From positions 2,430,001 to 2,462,000 of the forward strand of contig NC_006576.1 in assembly GCF_000010065.1 (NCBI RefSeq): a DNA stretch of 32,000 nucleotides. The letters run 5' to 3'. This document shows positions 26,039 to 32,000 of the stretch, piece by piece. The position numbers and the translations under genes were made by a program. The stretch comes from Synechococcus elongatus PCC 6301 (GTDB lineage: Bacteria; Cyanobacteriota; Cyanobacteriia; Synechococcales; Synechococcaceae). Within the stretch, counting starts at the first letter, position 1. The number at the start of each line of letters is the position of its first letter. The notes below the pieces were generated by a model, which worked only from the letters and a program-made list of their open reading frames with translations, did not search any database and was not told where the DNA came from.

Positions 26039-27019
26039 CTAGAGGCTGTATTGCATGAGTGCCGATCGCAGATCGGTACTGCGCGACCGCTGCAACTGTT
26101 CGTAGGCCTGACGTTCTGCCTCGGTCAGGCTTTTCGGTACCGCGATCGCCACTTTCACCAGCAGATCCCCGCGGCCCGTGCGAGTTGGCCAGCCCTTACC
26201 CCGCAGCCGCAGGGATTGTCCGGTGCGAACTCCGGCCGGAATCGTGACGTTGACCAAGCCATCCGGTGTGGGAACCGCGATCGTGGCACCGAGGGCTGCT
26301 TCATCCGGTGCGATCGGCACCTCACAGCTCAACTGGTCGCCCTCTAGCTGGAAAAACTCGTGGGGCTTAACCTCAATCTTCAGGTAGAGATCGCCGCGCT
26401 TGCCCGTATTGGGCATGATGTTGCCCTTGCCCCGCAGGCGCAGTTTACTCCCTGCTTTGATGCCAGCCGGCACCTTGACCTCAACCATTTCGCTGTTGAT
26501 GCGGAGCTGCTTTTGCGTCCCCCGAAAAGCATCGCTGAGGCTGAGACTAATACTGGCTTCAGCATCCAAATTGACGGCACGAGCCCCAGCAGTGGCCTGG
26601 CTACCAAAACCGCCGGCAAAATCCTGAAAACCAGGACTGCGATAACCGGCACTGGCGCTAGCCGTCGCGCCGCCGCCAAAACGGCCGAGCAGTTCGTTGA
26701 TGAAGTCATCAAAGCTGCCATAGCGGCCAAACTCAAAGTCCTCGAAGCCGACCCCAGGCCCTGGGCCACCTGTGGGGCCACCAACTCGGCTCCAATATTG
26801 GCCAAACTGGTCGTACTTGCGGCGCTTATCGGTGTCGGAGAGCACCTCGTAAGCTTCGTTGATTTCCTTAAAGCGTGCCTCAGCAACCTTGTCGCCCGGA
26901 TTCATATCGGGGTGGTACTGGCGAGCCAGCTTACGGAAAGCTTTTTTGATCTCATCGGCACTGGCAGCACGCCCCACTCCGAGGGTTGCGTAGTAGTCTT
27001 TGAAGTCCGTCGCTGCCAT
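26039..27019 (-). CDS. DnaJ/CbpA-type (class B) J-domain chaperone
   Basis: J-domain [36 protein letters not shown] with HPD, a Gly/Phe-rich linker, and a DnaJ C-terminal beta domain. No CxxCxGxG zinc fingers. Confidence 0.95.
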   Translation of the reverse strand: MAATDFKDYYATLGVGRAASADEIKKAFRKLARQYHPDMNPGDKVAEARFKEINEAYEVLSDTDKRRKYDQFGQYWSRVGGPTGGPGPGVGFEDFEFGRYGSFDDFINELLGRFGGGATASASAGYRSPGFQDFAGGFGSQATAGARAVNLDAEASISLSLSDAFRGTQKQLRINSEMVEVKVPAGIKAGSKLRLRGKGNIMPNTGKRGDLYLKIEVKPHEFFQLEGDQLSCEVPIAPDEAALGATIAVPTPDGLVNVTIPAGVRTGQSLRLRGKGWPTRTGRGDLLVKVAIAVPKSLTEAERQAYEQLQRSRSTDLRSALMQYSL

Positions 27020-27140
27020 GGCGAAACTACATCTCCGTCAGAAGCTGATTGCACTGCGTCCTCATTCTGCCACTGTGTTCCCTGTCTTCTGTGGCACCGA
27101 ACCGATCGCTGGGGGGTGGAGAACCGATCGCGCAGCCACG

Positions 27141-30100
27141 CTAAAAGCGTTGGTTGAACTCTAGAACCGCCCGATTGTTGCCAGCGGTATCGGTTGTTCC
27201 CCGAATGCTGAGGCTATCGGTGAATTCGTAGCGCAGGTTGAACTGAGTTGGCAGGCCCAGTGTCAAAACTTGCAGCACTGAAACCGACAGATCATCGGTG
27301 ATGTCAAAGCCGATCTGTCCGCCTAGTCCGAGGACTGTGTTGGTGTTGCCGACTTGGGCTAGAGACTGGACGTCGCGATCGGGAACTTCGGTCACCGTTG
27401 GGAAGAGCTGAATATTGATCCGCTCACCCAGCGCACTGTTGAAGAAGCCTTGGACGTTGTTGAGCAAGGCTTGACTGGCCAGCCCTAACAAAGCTGTGCC
27501 GCCACCAGAATTCGCCAAGCTATTGACTGTGCCGCCACCGATCAGCGTCAGCAACTCCCGTTCACTACGGGGCGGGCTGCTGGTGAGCTGGATGCTGCTC
27601 TGGAGGTTGCTGGCGAGGGTGTTGACTTGGGCGCGGACTCGCACCAGTTGGAAGCGGCCAAACCCACTCTGGGATGGATCACTCTGGAACGGCAAGACGA
27701 TGCGATCGCTCCCTGTTTGTAGCGTCGATCCACTGAATTCGGGGATCGAAGCGACTAGGTTGACGTTGAGGAAGGGATCGAGACCGAGGTCCGGCCGGAA
27801 AATGACGCTGCTTGTCTGCCGGCGATCGAGGACAAAGGTGGAGGTGAAAAGATTTACCTGTCCAGACGTTAGCGTCAGCTTGCCATTGGGCGACAGCGTG
27901 GATCCCAGTGGGCCATCGAGGGTCAAATCCCCTGTTGCCCCAAAGCGAAACAGCGGTTCGGATTGAACCGACACCCCTTCTTCCAAGGCAATCTTGAGCT
28001 GTTGGAAGCGGACAGGCAGGGTGGGAGCACCCAAATCGCCACTGGCGAGGTTGGTGAGGCGATCGGGGCCAGGCAGCTGAATGTTGGCTTGATTGACCCG
28101 GATATCTCCCGCGATCGCGGGTTCTAGGGCAGAGCCCAGAATTTGTAGATCCGCCTCGGTCTTGCCGGTAAACAGGTTGGGTAAGGCGATCGTGGCGTCG
28201 CGGAGCGCGATGGTCAGTGGCTGTTCGCGATCGGGGTCACTGGCAGGCAAGAGTTGAGCAATTGGCAGGATGCCTTGGGCTGTGAGCGTACCGCCGTTGA
28301 AATTGCTGCTCAGGGTCTCGACCCGCAGGCGGTCCTGCGCAAAATTGATCTGGGCCGTCAGATTTGTCAGCGGTTGCTCAAACAGCGGCGAAGCCAACCT
28401 GGCATTTTCAAAGCGTGCTTGCCCCGAGAGGATAGGGGCATCAAGGGTGCCCCGCAGCCGCAGTTGTACATTCCCTTGTCCCCCCTGCCACTGCACCTGA
28501 TCGCGGCTGAGCAGGCTCAAGAACTTGAGGCCGTTGTTGCTGATGTCGAGGTTGAGCTGAACTTCGTCGCTGGGTTGGCTGGCCAAAAAGGGCAACTCAA
28601 GGGGCAGACTGCCGGTCACTCGCACCGGTTCAGGATCATCGGCAATGAGAGCAAAACCAAAGGTCAGACGACCGTCGCGAACGTTAAAGCCGGTTTGTTC
28701 AGCCTGAATCGATGTGCCATTGAAGATGGCATTGCTCAGCTGGAGATCGCCCAAAATTTGCGGGTTATCGAGGCGGCCTGACAGGGTGGCTGAGAGTCCC
28801 AAGCTGCCTTGCATTTCAACGGGCAGTCGCAGGAATTGTTGAATACCCGCTAGCGATAACCCTTCGACAAAGAGTTCGCCTTGAGTTTGGTCGCTGAAGC
28901 TGCCGCTAAAGCTGAGCTTGGTCGCGCCAGTCTGCAGTTCAAAGGGTTCCAGTTGGATTTGGTTTTGTTTGACGGCCCCTTTGAGTAGTACGCGATCGGC
29001 GCGATAGTCTCCCCAAACCCAGTTACTACCTTGGAAGTCAAAGTCTGCAGTCAGTCCCTGACGCCAGGACCCACCCACGGTTGCCACCCCATCAAAGCGA
29101 CCCGTGAGCTGGCGAATAGTAGGAAGTGTGGGCAGTGGCTGTTGTGCTTGTTCTTGCTGTTGCAACGCTTGGAGCTGACTCAGGCGCTGCAGCTGTTGGT
29201 AAAGAGAGGTGGCCGTGTCGTCGATGCCGGGTACCGAGGCGATCGCTGCAGCATCCGCGAACTCCGGTTGTTCCGCCAAAAAGCCCGATCGCTGCAGACT
29301 GCGCAGGAACCAAGCCAATTCTTGTGGGTTGCCCTGTTTAGCCTCGAGTCGTGCCGAGACTTGACCCGTACCAGCCAACTGAACTCGGCCTTGCAAACTG
29401 TAGAGGCTGTTATCCCGTGCCAGGGTTGCTTCTGTAAGCGTCAGCCAGCCATCACCCAGTTGGAACTGAGCGTTCAGGCGATCGCCCCGCACATAGCCGA
29501 GGCGAGGACGCAGCACCGAGAGATTGCCGCTGCCGGTGCCCCGCTGGAGGTTGAGGCGACCCTCGCCACTGACTCGCCCCGAGGTCACCAAGGGAATGCC
29601 GCGATCGCTCGGTAGGTTCAGTCCGGCAATGCTGAAGTTATCGGCCTGCCAGCGCAGATCGGAACCTTGGGCTTTGGCTTCAATCACGCCGCCACTCTGT
29701 TGCCAGCGGAAGTTCTGTAGCTGGAAGCGGCGATCGGTTTGCGCTAGGAGTTGTCCATCGGAGCTGCTCAAGGCGACCTGCAGGCCCTGCTGGTTGTAGC
29801 GCAGATTGCCCAGCCAATCGCGCCGTCGACGCTGAGCACTCCAACCCACATCGCGGATTTGCAGATCGCCCTCCAGTTGTGGCGCTTGGAAGCGACCGAC
29901 TAGCCTACCTTGGAAGCCCAAGTTACCCTGCAGCGGCAGTGGCAGCGGCAGCGTTTGCAGGGCAACCTGCTGAATATTCAGGCCGATCTGGAGCTGTTGA
30001 TCGGCGGTGGCATTGGGCCGGACTTGTCCTCGGGCGATGAGCCCGGAAGCGGCGAATTGGCGCAGCGCCAGCTGTTGCCCATCCCAGCCCCAGTCCAAGT

Positions 30101-31847
30101 TGGCCTGACCATCGGCCCAACGCTGACCCTGCCAAGCCAGATTAGTCAGGGCTAGGCGACTGTCGGCCTGAACGGTGGTCAGAGACAACGCGTTCAGACT
30201 GCCGTTCAGCTGGATTTGACCGCTCGCTTGGCCACCTAGGTCTGCTGTCAGTAGTTGCAGCGGCAGATCTCGGACCTGGACATCACCCTGCCAGCGATCG
30301 CCCTGACTGGTGAGCCGGGCTTGAATCGCACCACGACCCGTTTGAACTAGCGCAACGGCCTGCCAATCGGGCTGACGGTTGAGAAAAATCTGGCCGTTGA
30401 CGGTTTGCTGCTGGGCGGTGGTTTGCCAGCGAACTTCTGCCTCGGGGCGATCGAGGGTTCCCCGAATCTGACCACTGGCGATTAGGGATCCCAGTTCCAG
30501 CTCGGTGGGAACCGCCGCTCCTAAGTTTTGCAACAGCTGTCGGCTGGAGAGACCCCGTAGATCTGCGGTGAAGGCGATCGGTCGGCTGGCTTGGCGTCCG
30601 ACGCTGCCCTGAAGTGACAGTTGCCCCTGTTGGGCGATCGTGATCGCTCCTTGTTGAACGCGCAGTTGCTTAGCGTCCAGTTGGTATTGGGCAGTGGCCC
30701 GACCGAGGGCGAGGCCCTGCCACGTGGTGCCGGCGGCCGGCGTCAGGACAATCGCGCCCCGAAACGCTTCGCGTGCTTGCTCAATGTTCAGCTGTGCTTG
30801 CAGGGGGCCACCCAGTTTGAGCCCTGGCAAAGGCGATCGCGCCGTCGAGCTGCTGGCGGTTGTGGTCAGCTGAATCGTGCCGCCCTGATCGAACGTCCAA
30901 TTTCCCTGTCCTTGGATTCGCCAGTCTTGCCAGCGGGCAGTGCCTCGTTGAACCGTAATCTGGCGATCTTGAAACTGCAGCGCTGCCGTCACTTGCTGCA
31001 AACGCACGGGGACTTCTGTTGCCTTGAGGGTTGCCGACTGCAACTGGGCTGAGCCGTTGATGGCCGTCACCTGTTGGTCCCGCAACTGCAGAGAGAGGTT
31101 ACCGCTGGCGGTGCCGGCCTCAGCGATCGCTGGCAACCGCAGCGTTTGGGCTAACAAGCGTTGCACTTCGGGCAGGGCTACCTGCTGACTGCGCAGGCGA
31201 ATTTCGCCATTCCTGCCGCCCTGAATCTCGCCTGCCACCCAGCCACGCTGGCCGGTACTCAATTGAGCCGTGGCTTGAAACCGAGCCCGCTGCTCTTGGG
31301 ACAGTTGCAAATGACCGGCGATCGCACTGAGGCGGATGGGGACCAGCAGTTGATTCTGGGTATTGCGGGGCTGGAGACTGAGTTTTCCGCCCGCAACAAC
31401 TAACTTGAGGTCGGGATATTCACTGATTTGAGCTTGGGTCGGGAAGGTATACCACTGGCCATTGCTGAGTTGCTGCAGACTGGCATCAACGTTTTCCAGA
31501 CGCAGCTGTAAGGGCAGACGACCTTGGAAGAGGCCAGCCCAATCGATCCCGACTGTGGTGGTCTGCCAACTAACAAAACTCGGGCCTGAGACAGTACCAA
31601 GCTGCGATTGCCCTAGGCGCACCCCATCCCAGTTCCAGCCCTCGATATTCCCAAGCTGAATCGGTTGCCCCAAAGCAGCGGTCAACTGCTGCTCAGCCTG
31701 GGGAATCAACCAAGTTTCTGCCAGACGCTGGGGACCACCGAGGCCCACCCAAACGCCGCCCGCTAGCACCAAGCCACCCCCAAGCATCCACCAAGCGCGC
31801 CGCCGCGATGGAGGATTGGGAGCGTGGGGCTCGGGCGAAGCAACCAT
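27141..31847 (-). CDS. tamB: Giant TamB/DUF490-family envelope protein (cyanobacterial TamB/Tic236-like)
   Basis: 1568 aa. Single N-terminal TM (AWWMLGGGLVLAGGVWVGL), repetitive beta-rich body, and DUF490-like C-terminus (SSPPRSERELLTLIGGG...YEFTDSLSIRGTTDTAGNNRAVLEFNQRF). Confidence 0.9.
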   Translation of the reverse strand: MVASPEPHAPNPPSRRRAWWMLGGGLVLAGGVWVGLGGPQRLAETWLIPQAEQQLTAALGQPIQLGNIEGWNWDGVRLGQSQLGTVSGPSFVSWQTTTVGIDWAGLFQGRLPLQLRLENVDASLQQLSNGQWYTFPTQAQISEYPDLKLVVAGGKLSLQPRNTQNQLLVPIRLSAIAGHLQLSQEQRARFQATAQLSTGQRGWVAGEIQGGRNGEIRLRSQQVALPEVQRLLAQTLRLPAIAEAGTASGNLSLQLRDQQVTAINGSAQLQSATLKATEVPVRLQQVTAALQFQDRQITVQRGTARWQDWRIQGQGNWTFDQGGTIQLTTTASSSTARSPLPGLKLGGPLQAQLNIEQAREAFRGAIVLTPAAGTTWQGLALGRATAQYQLDAKQLRVQQGAITIAQQGQLSLQGSVGRQASRPIAFTADLRGLSSRQLLQNLGAAVPTELELGSLIASGQIRGTLDRPEAEVRWQTTAQQQTVNGQIFLNRQPDWQAVALVQTGRGAIQARLTSQGDRWQGDVQVRDLPLQLLTADLGGQASGQIQLNGSLNALSLTTVQADSRLALTNLAWQGQRWADGQANLDWGWDGQQLALRQFAASGLIARGQVRPNATADQQLQIGLNIQQVALQTLPLPLPLQGNLGFQGRLVGRFQAPQLEGDLQIRDVGWSAQRRRRDWLGNLRYNQQGLQVALSSSDGQLLAQTDRRFQLQNFRWQQSGGVIEAKAQGSDLRWQADNFSIAGLNLPSDRGIPLVTSGRVSGEGRLNLQRGTGSGNLSVLRPRLGYVRGDRLNAQFQLGDGWLTLTEATLARDNSLYSLQGRVQLAGTGQVSARLEAKQGNPQELAWFLRSLQRSGFLAEQPEFADAAAIASVPGIDDTATSLYQQLQRLSQLQALQQQEQAQQPLPTLPTIRQLTGRFDGVATVGGSWRQGLTADFDFQGSNWVWGDYRADRVLLKGAVKQNQIQLEPFELQTGATKLSFSGSFSDQTQGELFVEGLSLAGIQQFLRLPVEMQGSLGLSATLSGRLDNPQILGDLQLSNAIFNGTSIQAEQTGFNVRDGRLTFGFALIADDPEPVRVTGSLPLELPFLASQPSDEVQLNLDISNNGLKFLSLLSRDQVQWQGGQGNVQLRLRGTLDAPILSGQARFENARLASPLFEQPLTNLTAQINFAQDRLRVETLSSNFNGGTLTAQGILPIAQLLPASDPDREQPLTIALRDATIALPNLFTGKTEADLQILGSALEPAIAGDIRVNQANIQLPGPDRLTNLASGDLGAPTLPVRFQQLKIALEEGVSVQSEPLFRFGATGDLTLDGPLGSTLSPNGKLTLTSGQVNLFTSTFVLDRRQTSSVIFRPDLGLDPFLNVNLVASIPEFSGSTLQTGSDRIVLPFQSDPSQSGFGRFQLVRVRAQVNTLASNLQSSIQLTSSPPRSERELLTLIGGGTVNSLANSGGGTALLGLASQALLNNVQGFFNSALGERINIQLFPTVTEVPDRDVQSLAQVGNTNTVLGLGGQIGFDITDDLSVSVLQVLTLGLPTQFNLRYEFTDSLSIRGTTDTAGNNRAVLEFNQRF

Positions 31848-32000
31848 GGCGTCTTTGGGGCTAGGGCTGGTACGAACGCTAGGCCATTATCTGGCGTCAC
31901 TTTTGACTGTCAACTAGAGATAGAACAGTTTGGGGTGACAGTCTTGCGATCGAGGCCAACCCAGAAGCGCGATCGCCCAGACCCAAGCCAGTGAGAGCTT

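Noticed and set aside
27090-27132. Direct repeat GAACCGATCGC near the tamB stop
   Set aside because: Short (about 11 bp) and mostly accounted for by HIP1-like sequence bias.
28254-28781. 175-aa and several other plus-strand ORFs within the tamB region (for example 29031-29615 and 27496-27966)
   Set aside because: All are embedded antisense to the continuous 1568-aa TamB frame and have no motif support.
1-32000. Recurrent GCGATCGC octamers as a possible CRISPR or other repeat array
   Set aside because: They are dispersed, occur in both coding and intergenic DNA without regular spacing, and match the known cyanobacterial HIP1 element.

Overview
This looks like a mostly ordinary, gene-dense cyanobacterial chromosome segment. 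The composition, the frequent HIP1 octamer (GCGATCGC) and the gene content are all consistent with Synechococcus elongatus; the species is inferred, not searched. About 24 protein genes can be supported. They include the end of a cyclic-nucleotide-binding-domain protein, HtpG/Hsp90, a 7TM-like multi-PAS GGDEF diguanylate cyclase, a flavodiiron pair (Flv1-like and Flv3-like), type III pantothenate kinase, a Nudix hydrolase, peroxiredoxin Q/BCP, an Sfp-type phosphopantetheinyl transferase and a Fur/PerR-family regulator. They continue with a DUF3685/Ycf55-like protein, an alpha/beta hydrolase, an LTxxQ (Spy/CpxP-like) protein, HypE, a DUF3102-like protein, a truncated and degenerate tyrosine-recombinase-like ORF, a YciI-like protein, SmpB, an aminotransferase, thioredoxin, HemB, a PQQ-type sugar dehydrogenase, an orphan Dam-like adenine methylase, a DnaJ/CbpA-type protein and a giant TamB/DUF490 protein. 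I found no rRNA, tRNA or CRISPR array. The least ordinary part is about 18.1-20.2 kb: a nested HIP1-containing stem-loop, a DUF3102-like gene, an AT-rich HIP1-free stretch and a degenerate integrase-like ORF, which together look like an eroded mobile-element remnant or small island. I see no convincing complete novel system. ORF coordinates follow the supplied track, and starts were shortened where the family suggests it.
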